A program made the translations under genes and the position numbers. DNA of 64,000 nt from Eledone cirrhosa (Eukaryota). The stretch spans positions 24,614,001-24,678,000 of the forward strand of contig OZ024744.1 of NCBI GenBank assembly GCA_964016885.1, written 5' to 3'. This document shows, piece after piece, positions 39,801 to 50,568 of the stretch; position 1 is the first letter of the stretch; every line of letters starts with the position of its first letter. The notes beneath the pieces are model-generated. The model did not search any database. It was not told the DNA's origin and worked only from the letters and a program-made list of their open reading frames with translations.

Positions 39801-42630
39801 TTATTGTGATGGTGGTTGTGGTGATGGTTTTGGTGATCGTGATGGTGGTGTTTGTGGTTGTAGTGATAGTTGTTATGGTGATGTTGGTTGTGGTGGTGGT
39901 GGTTGTGGTGATGGTGGTTGTGGTGATGGTGGTTGTGGTGATGGTGGTTGTGGTGATGGTTGTGGTGATGGCGGTTGCAGTGATGGTGGTGGTGGTGGTG
40001 GTGGTGGTGGTTGTGGTGATGGTTGTGTTGATGGTGGTTCTGGTGGTGATGGTTGTCGTGGTGGTTGTGTTGTTGGTGGTTGTGGTGACGTTGGTAGTGG
40101 TTGTGGTGATGGTGGTTGTGGTGGTTATGGTGATGGATTTGGTGGTGGTTGTGGTGATGGTGGTTGTGGTGGTTATGGTGATGGATTTGGTGGTGGTTGT
40201 GGTGATGGTGGTTGTGGTGATGGTGGTTGTGGTTATGGTGGTTGTGGTGGTGGTGGTTATGGTGATGGTGGTTGTGTTGGTGGTGGTTGTGGTGATGATG
40301 GTGGTGGTGGTGGTGGTGGTTGTGGTATTGTTGGTTGTGGTGATGGTGGTTGTGGTGATGGTAGTGGGGATGGTTGTGGTCATGGTTGTGGTGGTGGTGG
40401 TTTTTGTCGTGATGCTGGTTGTGGTGGTGGTGGTAGCGGTGATGGTGGTTGTGGTGATGGTGATTGTGGTGATGGTGATTGTGGTGATGGTTGTAGTGGT
40501 GATGTTGGTTGTGGTGATGGTGGTTGGGTGGCGGTTGTGGTGATAGTGGTTGTGGTGATGGTGATTGTGGTGATGGTGGTTGTGGTGATGGTGGTTGTGG
40601 TTATGGTGATGGTGGTGATGTTGGTTGTGGTGATGATGGTTGTGGTGATGGTGGTTGTAGTGGTGCTGGTTGTGGTGATGGTGGTTGTGGTGATGGTGGT
40701 TGTGGTGACGGTGATTGTGGTGATGGTGGTTGTGCTGATGGTGGTTGTGGTCGTGGTTGTGGTGATGGTGGTTGTGGTGATGGTAGTTGTGGTGATGGTG
40801 GTTGTGGTGATGGTAGTTGTGGTGATGGTGGTGGTTGTGGTGATGGTGGTTGTGGTGGTGGTTGTGGTGATGGTGGTTGTGGTGATGGGTGTGTTGGTGG
40901 TGGTGGTGGTGGTGATGGTGGTTAGAATGATGGTTGTGGTGATGGTGGTGGTGGTAATTGTGGTGATGTGTGTCGTGGTGGTGGTGGTTGGGGTGATGAT
41001 GGTTGTGGTGATGATGATTGTGGTGATGGTGTTGGTGGTGGTGGCTGTGGTGATGGTGTTGATGGTGGTTGTGGCGATGGTGGCTGTGGTGGTGGTGGTT
41101 GTGGTGATGGTGGTTGTGGTGATGGTGGTTGTGGTGATGGTGATTGTTGTGATGGTGGTTGTGGTGATGGTTGTAGTGGTGGTGGTTGTGGTGATTATGG
41201 TTGTGCTGATGGTGGTTGTGGTGATGGTGGTTGTGCTGATGGTTGTGGTGGTGGTTGTGGTGGTGGTGATTGTGGTGATGGTGATTGTGGTGATGGTGGT
41301 TGTGCTGATGGTGGTTGTGGTGGTGGTTGCGGTGATGGTGGTTGTGGTGCTGGTTGTGGTGGTGGTGGATGTGGTGATGGTGGTTGTGGTGATGGTGGTT
41401 GTGGTGATGGTGGTTGTGGTGATGGTTGTGGTGATGGTTGTGGTGATGGTGGTTGTGGTGGTGGTCGTTGTGGTTTTGGTGATGGTGGTTGTGGTGATGG
41501 TGATTGTGGTGATGGTTGTGGTTATGGTGGTTGTGGTGATTGTGGTTGTGGTGGTGGTTGTGGTGATGGTGGTTGTGGTGCTGGTTGTGGTTGTTGTGGA
41601 TGTGGTGATGGTGGTTGTGGTGGTGGTTGTGGTGATGGTGGTTGTGGTGATGGTTGTGGTGATGTTTTTGGTGATGTTGGTTGTGGTGGTGGTGGTTGTG
41701 GTTTTGGTGATGGTGGTTGTGGTGATGATGGTTGTGGTGATGGTGGTTGTGGTGGTGGTGGTTGTGGTGGTGGTGGTTGTGGTGATGGTGTTGGTGATGG
41801 TGGTAATTGTGGTGATGGTTTTGGTGATGGTGGTTGTGGTGATGATGGTTGTGGTGATGGTGGTTGTGGTGGTGGTGGTTGTGGTGGTGGTGGTTGTGGT
41901 GATGGTGGTTGTGGTGGTGGTTGTGGTGGTGGTGATTGTAGTGGTGGTGAGTGTGGTGATGGTGGTTGTGGTGATGGTGATTGTGGTGATGCTGGTTGTG
42001 GTGATGGTGGTTGTGGTGATTATGGTGATGGATTTGGTGGTGGTTGTGGTGATGGTGGTTGTGGTGGTTATGGTGATGGATTTGGTGGTGGTTGTGGTGA
42101 TGGTGGTTGTGGTGGTTATGGTGATGGATTTGGTGGTGGTTGTGGTGATGGTGGTTGTGGTTATGGTGGTTGTGGTGGTGGTGGTTATGGTGATGGTGGT
42201 TGTGGTGGTGGTGGTTGTGGTGATGATGGTGGTGGTGGTGGTGGTGGTTGTGGTGATGGTGGTTGTGGTGATGGTGGTTGTGGTGATGGTAGTGGGGATG
42301 TTTGTGGTGATGGTGGTGGTGGTGGTGGTGGTGGTGGTATTGGTGGTGGTGGTGGTTGAGGTGATGGTGTTTATGGTGATGGTCGTGGTGATAGTGGTGG
42401 TGATGTTGCTTGCGGGGATATGTTGTGGTGATGGCGGTGGTGGTGTTGGTTGTGGTGATGGTGTTTGTGATTTAGATGGTGATTTTGGTGATGGTTGTGA
42501 TTATGATGATTGTGTGCTGATTGTGGTGATGCTTATGGTGATGATTGTATTAATGGTGGTTGTGGTGATTTTGGAGATTTTGGTGTTTATTATGGTGATA
42601 ACAGACGTGTTGGAGGAGTTGGTGGTGGTA
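36840..42630 (+). repeat. Satellite domain C (~1.7-1.8 kb duplication and a 48-bp sub-repeat)
   Basis: GGTTGGGTGGCGGTT at ~38725/40522; GTTAGAATGATGG at 39211/40921; 48-bp unit TATGGTGATGGATTTGGT... at 42021, 42069 and 42117. Confidence 0.75.
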
Positions 42631-43040
42631 TGATAGAGAGATCGTGATACTATGGGCTTGAGTTATGGGTGACGAGGAAGATAAGATTTTTAGTGGGGTG
42701 TGTTGATATAAAATAAAACCCCAAAATAATTAAATAAATGAATAAATTCCGGAAGCACAGAAACTTGGGAAGGAATGTAAATTGACATAAAACTAGGTTT
42801 ATTTCTTTTGTACTGACTATGGTAGACACAAATACAAAGGTAAATATTTGGCCTCCGACCCTCTACCGATACTGCCAATATTGCTGGAATCTTCTTAAAA
42901 TTTATAATCTATATAAAAGTATTTTCCTAATGAAAATTGTTACAAGATCGGTCTTGTACCGCATCAAGTTAAAACAAAACAATCTTTCCATGCTCAGATA
43001 GTATATCATTTTTCGATGTGACTACAAATATTTTTTAATA

Positions 43041-43211
43041 TGTGGATTGGCAGTATATCGGTAGAGGGTCGGACGCCATGCGTTGCAGCATTGAGTTACA
43101 TCCCGCCGAGGTAAAATTTACCTTTCATTCTTACGGGGTTGATAAAATAAAGTACCAGTAATACACTGAGTAATTGCTGGCCTTGTGCCAATAGTAGAAA
43201 CAATTATTATT
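43041..43211 (+). mobile_element. Decayed tRNA-derived SINE with a Nin-like central domain
   Basis: Head TGGCAGTATATCGGTAGAGGGTCGGAC; degenerate B box GAGTTACATCCC; CCTTTCATTCTTACGGGGTTGATAAAATAAAGTACCAG (43121-43158) resembles the Nin domain as recalled; (TTA)n tail. An inverted copy of the head lies at 42855-42879. Confidence 0.6.
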
Positions 43212-43324
43212 AAATCGGTCGATAAATTGTAACCGTGATAGCTAGATTTATGACAAAAGTGTGGGCTTGTAATAAATATATACACCAGCAGTTGTAAACA
43301 CGAACGTCCCCAGATCCATGTAAT

Positions 43325-43363
<39 letters not shown>

Positions 43364-44059
43364 GCTGTGTATGTGTTTATATATATATACATGCAAATAC
43401 ATATATATTCGAAACTATAATTATTTCTAGAAGTCGACTAAAGAGAAGAGACTGTTCTTTTTTCCGTTGTCTTTATCTTCTCATCCTCCCGCGCCATATT
43501 GATTCCTGTTCGATATGGTCGTAGTTACACGTGTCTTCCCAACCACTCATATTATACTGCCTCAAATTGTCCTTCTTTTCTTCTACTTCTACTTTTTTCT
43601 CTCACTTTTTCTTTTTCTTTCCATCTCTCTCTACCTATTCTTCTTTCCTCCATTTGCTGTATCTTAGGTTGTTTACACACTGTCTCATTTCTCTCAGCGG
43701 CCTGACGAGTCGCCACTCGTTCTCTACCCTCTCTTTCAAGTCCAAACAATATTTTTTTTTTCCTCTTCCTGGCTAAACTATTGTACACCGTGTTTTTATA
43801 TTTTCAGTTCAAACACATTGATTTGTAGAATTTCTTTTTTGCTTTATTTCTGTAACTCGTCCTATAACACAGATTTGTCATATGTCTCCCTGTTTTTTGT
43901 TTTTTTTATTATTTATTTATTTATGATCTATTTATTTATTTTTCTGTCATCGTCTAACTTTAATATCGAAACTACAAGGATTTCTAGAAGTTGACTGAAG
44001 AGAATGGACCGTTTTCTCCGTTGCTTTGTTCGCTGTGCGTCGCCTTATACATACACACA

Positions 44060-44100
<41 letters not shown>

Positions 44101-44104
<4 letters not shown>

Positions 44105-44295
44105 AATATGGAGAGAAGAATACTGCATAGTTGCACATGGATTACATGTTATAAAATGAGTCCCTCATCAGTGATTTGCCAACGATCATTGGTATTACAT
44201 CGCATTAAAAATCATATACCTCACGTTGGTGCGACAATAACTAAAATAAGTTATTAGGACAATTGAAACGCGTAAAGCGAGTGAGACAAGTAAAC
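44101..44295 (-). repeat. Dispersed ~200 bp repeat (paralog at 61515-61690, + strand), ending at (TA)n
   Basis: Shared GAGGTATATGATTTTTAATGCGATG...GTTGGCAAATCACTGAYGAGGGACT...CCATGTGCAAC...GCAGTATTCTTCT. Confidence 0.75.
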
Positions 44296-44309
44296 AACAC
44301 AGGGGGAAG

Positions 44310-44584
44310 CTAACCGAAGATAGAAAGAAACACAAGCAACATGGTTATTCTGTCAGTATGAGCTGGGTGAATATATGTGCGAGTGAGAAACAGACCTTCC
44401 GCTAGTGAATCCGATGTAAGAAAGAAGGACAATCGGGTTGTAGCGGACGGGGGGAAGTGAGAAGGGGAGAAACAGAGAGTGAGTGAGTGGAAGTGCGAGG
44501 GAGAGGTCGGTAGAGAGAAAGTGTTATCTGACATGACAGAGGGGACGAAAGAAAGTAAGAGAAACAGAGAGAACGAGGGAGCAG

Positions 44585-44587
<3 letters not shown>
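44310..44587 (-). mobile_element. Diverged 5' end of a second PLE, head-to-head with the main PLE
   Basis: The minus strand gives CPSFLHRIH and LFLTRTYIHPAH, versus RSFLHQLH and LFLTPSPHPAI at the N-terminus of the neighbouring PLE. It has a pyrimidine-rich leader starting at the shared (TA)n. Confidence 0.5.
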
Positions 44588-44621
<34 letters not shown>

Positions 44622-44811
44622 TTTCTGTTCACGATTGCCTGTGTTTTTACCTTTATGATTTTTTGTCTTTAATTTTCCTGTGTATACTCTCCCCTCGCGT
44701 TTTTCTGTTTCATTTTCGCTTCCCCGTCTCTGCCTATCCTTCGCACTCACTCCACCCTGCTTCACACACCTGCTTTCTCATCCCTCACCCTGCTTTCACC
44801 CAACGCCCACC

Positions 44812-47556
44812 ATGCCCAGCCTGAGATCCTTTCTCCACCAACTACACACTAGCCTCAAACTTTTCCTCACCCCCTCCCCCCACCCTGCTATCTCCCCTCT
44901 GCCCTTCAACTCTCCTACCTTCTCTTCGCCAAAACCCGGCACTCCAGCCACATCCATTTCTTCAGCCACTGCCTCCGCCTCCACCTTATCCCCCTCGGCT
45001 TCCGTCTACACTTCCACCCTTCCCCCGCCGCTTCCCCCTCCACGCAACGTATCCTCACCCGATCCTCACGCCTCCTGATGCGCAACTCCATCCGCGCCTC
45101 CCGTTCCACCCTCCGCCAACTTGACCACCAACTGCCCCCCCCCCCCCTCCTCCGCCTAAACTCCACCTGCTACCCCTTCCTCACCCAAGCCATCCTCTCC
45201 TTCATCCAAAACCTCAACCACAACCTTTTCTCCTTCCTCAGCTCCACCAAAGCCCGCAAGCTACACTCACTCCTCCCAACCACCCCCATCCACCACCACC
45301 CGCCCATCCCCATGAGCCCACCGCTCTCCACCCCTCCCTCTACCCCCTACCCAATACCCTCCTCCCCACCACCACCACCACCTCACCCCCACACCAAACC
45401 CCACCACTTGTTGTCACCATACCCCCTGACCTCCCCCTCTCCGCACCTGAGCGCTCACTCCTCAGTAGAGGCCTCCGCTTCATACCCCACACTCCGCACA
45501 GCGAGTTCCGCACCCGAACAGAAGTCGAGCGATTCGTGCGACGCACGAAGCTACAGGCACATTTCGGCCGAACGCCACCGGCTCCGGACGCCCCAGACCC
45601 GTTTCTCGCCCTGGGCCGACGACCATCTTCTAGGACCCCGGCCCCAGGGCAATTTAGCACCCTGGACGCGTTCGTCGATGCCAGCCGTAGCGCCGTTAAT
45701 CGTTTCGACTTACGCCACCGTTCCAAACGGAATAATATCTTACGAGGCGAACTCCTCGCTCTCCGCTCCCTCCGTAGCCGAGATGACATCGTCATCAAAC
45801 CGGCGGACAAGGAAGGCGCCATGGTGGGGTGGCGCGCGGACCTCTACACGGCCGAAGCTCTCAGGCAGATCCGTAACCCCCTCTTCTACCGCCCTCTACC
45901 CTCCGATCCCACACCCCTCTACCAACAACAAGTTTCCTCCACCATCCAACACCTTGTCTCCCCCCCCCCCCCCACCGCTTCCCACCTCATCGTCCGCACC
46001 CCCCGCACCCCCACCATCTACTTCCTCCCCAAACTCACAAACCCGACAACCCCGGCCGCCCATCGTCTCCGCTTGCAACTGCCCCACCGAACTCAGCTCC
46101 GCCTTTCTCGACTCCATCCTCGCCCCCCTTGTCACCACCCTCCCCTCCCACATCTCCGACACCAACCACGCCCTGCGCCTTTTCGACTCCTTCACCTACC
46201 CACCCGGCCCACAGCCCTTCCTCTTCTCCCTAGACATCAAGTCCCTCTATACCGTCATCCCCCACGCCGACGGCCTACGCGCCCTCCAACACTACCTCGA
46301 CATTCGCCCCTCCCCCATTCCCTCCACCCCCACCCACCTTCGCCTCGCCGAGCTTGTCCTCACCCTCAAATCTTTCTCTTTCTCGGGTGGGTTTTACCAA
46401 CAGGTCACGGGGGTAGCCATGGGTACAAGAATGGGCCCGAACTATGCCAACCTTTTTGTTGGCCATGTTGAGGCCCAATCTTTGCCCAGTACACCGGCCC
46501 CACGCCCGAACTGTACGGTCGTTACATCGACGACTGTATCGGAGCCACGACTCTCACCCGAGAACAGCTCGACTCCTTTCTCTCCTTCTTCTGCTCCTTC
46601 CACCCCTCCCTCCACTTCACCACCTCTATCTCCACCACCCACGTCCACTTCTTAGACATCTCCGTCGCCTTCGACCCCTCCCACCACTCCCTCGTTACCT
46701 CCGCCTTCTTCAAACCCACCGACTCCCACTCTTACCTCGACTTCCCCTCTTCCCACCCCACACACACTAAACACTCTATTCCCTACTCCCAACTCCTCAG
46801 GATCCGCCGCCTCTGTAGCCGAGATGCTGACTTTGAGTCCCAGGCCCTTTTCCTAGTCAGCCATTTCATCCGCAGAGGTTACCCCCCCCCCCTCTCTCGT
46901 CCACACCGCTCTCACCCGCGCCCGTGCTGTCCACCGCTCCACCACCCTCACCCCACGCCACCGCACTCCCACCCACCGTCTCCCCTTCCCCATCACCTAC
47001 CACCCCTCCACCTTACCCCTCCACCGCACCATCAGCCGCCTCTTCCGACGCCTCCAGTCCGACCCCTCCACCTCCCACATCTTCCCAACCCCACCTCTCC
47101 CCTCCTTCAAACGCGCACGCAATCTCCGCATCCTCCTCGTCCACAACTCTCTACCCCCAACCCACGCTCCCCCCCCCCGGTTCCTTTCCCTGTTCTAGGC
47201 GCAATTGCAACACCTGTCCCCACATCACCAACACCACCACCTACCAGGGTCCCAACGGCCACTCTCTCTCTGTCCGGCATGCCTTCTGCTGCGCCTCCTC
47301 CAACCTAGCTGGACAGACGGGACGTCGCCTGGCGGACAGATTCACTGAGCACCTCCGGGATATTCGTCTCGGTGGTAGTTCCCCCATCGCTCGACACTTT
47401 GGTGCCCCTGGACATTCCGCACGGCATCTCACAGTCTGTGGCCTACACCAATGCCACGGAACACCCGCCAATCGCCTTAGAGTCGAACAAAGAACTATCT
47501 TCATCTTACAGACCCACACTCCCCCCGGCCTGAACTCCCCACCCTTATTCCTTTAG
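44812..47556 (+). pseudogene. PLE polyprotein (N-terminal domain, reverse transcriptase, Cys-rich linker, GIY-YIG), multiply frameshifted
   Basis: Motifs across frames: KTRHSSHIHFFSHCLRLHLIPLGFRLHF; DIVIKPADKEG; RTPTIYFLPK; RPIVSACNCPTE; LFSLDIKSLYTVIPH; YQQVTGVAMGTRMGPNYANLFVG; YGRYIDDCIG; HFLDISV; FKPTDSHSYLDFPSSHP; SIPYSQLLRIRRLCS; FPCSRRNCNTCPHI; GQTGRRLADRFTEH; EQRTIFILQTHTPPGLN. Confidence 0.92.
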
Positions 47557-47592
47557 TCTTCGACCGCCCCACTCCCCCCACACTTATCCCCC

Positions 47593-48196
47593 ACTAACAC
47601 CATTAACACACTCCTCCTTTTCACCGCCCACCCCACAACTAACAATACTAACACCTCCACTCCACCCCTCATCCGACCACCCTTCCCCAACTAACATACT
47701 AACATCCCTCCCTTCTTCTCCTGCTCCCCCCTCCTTATCACACGCACACACTCACCGGCACATATATAGACGCGCTCACACTAAACACACACCCTACTAC
47801 CACCACTAACCCTCACCCCCACACATCCACCCCACCACCCCGCAACTAACATCACTAACAACCCCTGACCCCAAGCACACTAGCACACGCACCCACTTAC
47901 ACCACCCACCCTACACGCAACTAACATCACTAACGCCCCCCAACCCCACGCACATGTACACACACACCCTCTTACACCGCCAACTCTACACACCCTACCA
48001 CCACTAACCCCCACTCACACCCGCATTCAACCCTTTCTCCACCTCCCGTATACTAACACCCACTAACACCCCCTTCATCAAACTACACACACACCAGTAC
48101 ACCACACTCCCTCCATCGACCTCCACACCCTTCTCTCCCCGCTCCTCCCACACCTTTTCTCAAACACTCACTCATCCCACTAACACCTCTACTAAT
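47593..48196 (+). repeat. ACTAAY-motif array in the PLE 3' region
   Basis: 15 ACTAAY copies at 47593, 47638, 47647, 47690, 47698, 47805, 47845, 47854, 47920, 47929, 48003, 48052, 48062, 48179 and 48191. Confidence 0.8.
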
Positions 48197-48467
48197 ACAC
48201 ACACATCCCCTCCTCACTCCAACTTTCACACCTACCCATCCTCGCCCCTTTACCATTCCACCCCGTCTCCCTCTCCCCACTCCACCCGCCACCACCCCTA
48301 CACGCCCCACACCCTTCCACCACCTGTTTTACCCCATTTTAATTTTATTTTGATCATGCTTTTATTTTTAATTTCATACGCACCGTTTCCTCCCACCCCT
48401 TTTCGCTATATGTCTCTCCACCACTCCCCTACACACCCTTTGAACTCTCTTCCCACACACTTTTCGC

Positions 48468-48495
48468 CTGAAGAAGGGCTTATGCCCGAAACGTC
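48468..48495 (+). ncRNA. Minimal type I hammerhead ribozyme motif (PLE terminal repeat)
   Basis: CTGAAGA-A-GGGC-TTAT-GCCC-GAAAC-GTC: intact core, 4-bp stem II and palindromic ACGT helix III. Stem I pairing is weak. Confidence 0.8.
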
Positions 48496-48584
48496 GTTCC
48501 CCACCACCACCTCACTCTCAAGAGCGTGAAATTAATAAACATTCGTTGTACTGCCTCTCTGTTTTGTTCCTGTTCAAATTTTCC

Positions 48585-48655
<71 letters not shown>

Positions 48656-48789
48656 AATTAAGTTAAAAATGTACATCTACATATGCATACTGAAATACTA
48701 GTGTGTATATGAATACACACACGTATACATATGTAGGTGTACCAAGTCTTTCACTGGTCGCTTTACAGTGAGCGGCCCAGCTATTCTGT

Positions 48790-49125
48790 ATGTAAACACA
48801 CAGACAAACCGGTTTTTAGAGTCATACTGGTTTTTCGGAGGAACACCTTCCCCCTATTCTCCAGAAAGGACATTATTATAGATATGACTTCTTCCATTAT
48901 TCTACTATCGTATTAAGTAACTTTTTTTTAACTATGGTCACCTCTCAATAAACATCAGGACTACTTTTCTTTGAAAGTTTCTTTTTTCGTTTCTACCCCA
49001 AAACTTTCTATTTCTACTTTAATTTCTCATTCTATTTTCTGATGAAGGACTAGCGTCCGAAACGTTAGGAATTTTCTTATTATTTGAAGCGTGAAACTAG
49101 TATATATCTTCATTGCATTTCATCG
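48790..49125 (+). mobile_element. 3' fragment of another PLE (decayed endonuclease end, T-rich UTR, hammerhead)
   Basis: RFLESYW...P resembles the RxxxExxWI..L.T..PxGLN C-terminus. The AGCGTGAAA downstream of the hammerhead is shared with 48523. Confidence 0.5.
49039..49066 (+). ncRNA. Minimal hammerhead ribozyme motif
   Basis: CTGATGA-A-GGAC-TAGC-GTCC-GAAAC-GTT, with flanking TTTT/AGGA able to form stem I with G-U pairs. Confidence 0.8.
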
Positions 49126-49150
49126 TCTGTTGTGTTTTTCTGTTTAATTT

Positions 49151-49191
<41 letters not shown>

Positions 49192-49220
49192 CACACACAC
49201 ACACACAGTGGTGTGTGTGA

Positions 49221-49445
49221 GTTTAGAAATGTAAAAATCTCGAATGCAGGTAAATAATCGTGAGAATTGGGTAAAATACGCCTACAGACGGAAAAAGTAG
49301 CCACCAACCGGATTATAGTGGTACAGAGTTCGATTCTCTGTAGGGGCTGCTGGTCACCTTTTCCGTTTACAGGGTTATTTTAACTGATTCTCTAAAGCTG
49401 TCCTCCGATATGTTCTGGACTTCCAGACATTCTACATTTCTAAAC
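49221..49445. repeat. Decayed ~225 bp palindrome with a tRNA T-arm-like centre
   Basis: GTTTAGAAATGTA/TACATTTCTAAAC ends; ACGGAAAA/TTTTCCGT middle arms; central hairpin TACAGAG-TTCGATT-CTCTGTA. Confidence 0.6.
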
Positions 49446-49493
49446 ATTTCAACCTTTCAATGTTTATTTACAACACACACACACACACATATA

Positions 49494-49524
<31 letters not shown>

Positions 49525-49528
49525 TATT

Positions 49529-49614
49529 GAAGGCGTGTGGCTGAGATTATGAGTTCGATTCCAGGACAAAGCGATGCGTTATGTCCTTGAGCAAGACACT
49601 TTTCACATTGCTCC
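49529..49614 (+). mobile_element. Truncated tRNA-derived CORE-type SINE
   Basis: B box GAGTTCGATTCC (49551) followed by TGTCCTTGAGCAAGACACTT, which is CORE-domain-like. Confidence 0.6.
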
Positions 49615-49618
49615 TTCT

Positions 49619-49730
49619 ACCTGGAGTTGCGACCGATAGAAAGTATTTGCAATTGGAAAGAACAATAGAAAAAATGTTTCCTAGGTCCGATTTGACGAAA
49701 GTCGATCGTTCCTTTATGTATATATATATA

Positions 49731-49799
<69 letters not shown>

Positions 49800-50497
49800 T
49801 GGCTGCCAACTCGTTTTCGAGTACGGCCACTACTTTATATCCATGTAGGAGAACCCCTACCGATGCGCTGAACGAGTGACTTTTTAGTCCAGCCAGCGAC
49901 TTGAAAACTCTGGTACAAACACTACACTTGTGACAAATATTGACACATAGTGCTGGGCCCATGGTACCATGTGACGACAAGTGCAGAGAGATCTCCAGAT
50001 ATAAAGCAAAGCCGGTGCTGTGAAGCTTTTATAATGAGCAAAGGCACTGCACAAATATATATAAACTAGAGCGAGTCGGGGCCCGATGGCTGAGCTCTAG
50101 TCGTTTCAACAGTTAATTATTAGCTCTCGAAACGGCATGAACTCAGCCGTTGAGCCCCGACTTTCTCTCTAATATAGTCACACTCTACTATCCCAAATAT
50201 CGAGTACTCGGTTGAACAATGGTCCTGCTAGTTGAAAACTGGTAACATCCTGATCTATCTCTCTCAGCAGACACACAAACTCTCCATCTTAATTTTATTT
50301 TTGAAAATCATAAGAACAGTGAAACCAGTAAAGTAAATAAATAAATATTCTTAAAAGACTCCAGTTACATTTTCAAGTTCTTTTCCTTATATATATATAT
50401 CGACAGTCAATCGACTTTCGTCAAATCGGACCGAGGAAAGAATGTTTCCACTGGTCTTTCCAATTCCTAATACTATCTATCGGTCGCAACTCCAGGT
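49619..50497. repeat. Pair of ~90 bp inverted repeats (49619-49706 and 50410-50497)
   Basis: ACCTGGAGTTGCGACCGATAGA...GGTCCGATTTGACGAAAGTCGAT and its reverse complement. Confidence 0.75.
49797..50050 (-). mobile_element. 3' end of an RTE-like LINE
   Basis: C-terminal zinc-finger-like CSVCTRVFKSLAGLKSH, then the short tail GGCCGTACTCGAAAACGAGTTGGCAGCCACC running into (AT)n. Confidence 0.6.
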
Positions 50498-50503
50498 GCA
50501 AGG

Positions 50504-50565
<62 letters not shown>

Positions 50566-50568
<3 letters not shown>

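Larger units (their letters stand above)
177..42630. repeat. Giant degenerate triplet satellite (GGT/GAT/TGT; dominant 15-mer GGTGATGGTGGTTGT, with 12-mer and (GGT)n variants)
   Basis: Continuous low-complexity G/T-rich triplets with very little C on the G-rich strand. The left edge at 177 is sharp; the right edge decays gradually over ~42360-42630. Confidence 0.97.
44619..48586 (+). mobile_element. Penelope-like retroelement (Neptune-like), C-rich, flanked by (TA)n on both sides
   Basis: RT + GIY-YIG coding region, a long 3' region with a hammerhead motif and AATAAA (48535), and (TA)n at 44587-44618 and 48587-48651. Confidence 0.9.

Noticed and set aside
177-42630. Canonical telomere or CRISPR array
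   Set aside because: There is no (TTAGGG)n or (TTAGG)n tract, the array is followed by ordinary DNA, and there is no constant repeat with unique spacers and no cas gene.
177-42633. Over a hundred Val/Met-, Gly/Cys/Asp-, Thr-, His- and Pro-rich ORFs as real genes (membrane proteins, mucins, extensins)
   Set aside because: They are the six frames of the satellite. They switch composition at frameshifts, mostly lack credible starts, and have no non-repetitive domains.
43405-44030. Diverged direct repeat (GAAACTA...TTTCTAGAAGT.GACT.AAGAGAA) at ~43405 and ~43962 as a permuted hammerhead
   Set aside because: The repeat is visible, but no cleavage triplet or stems I/III can be formed, and one copy lacks the CTGA core.
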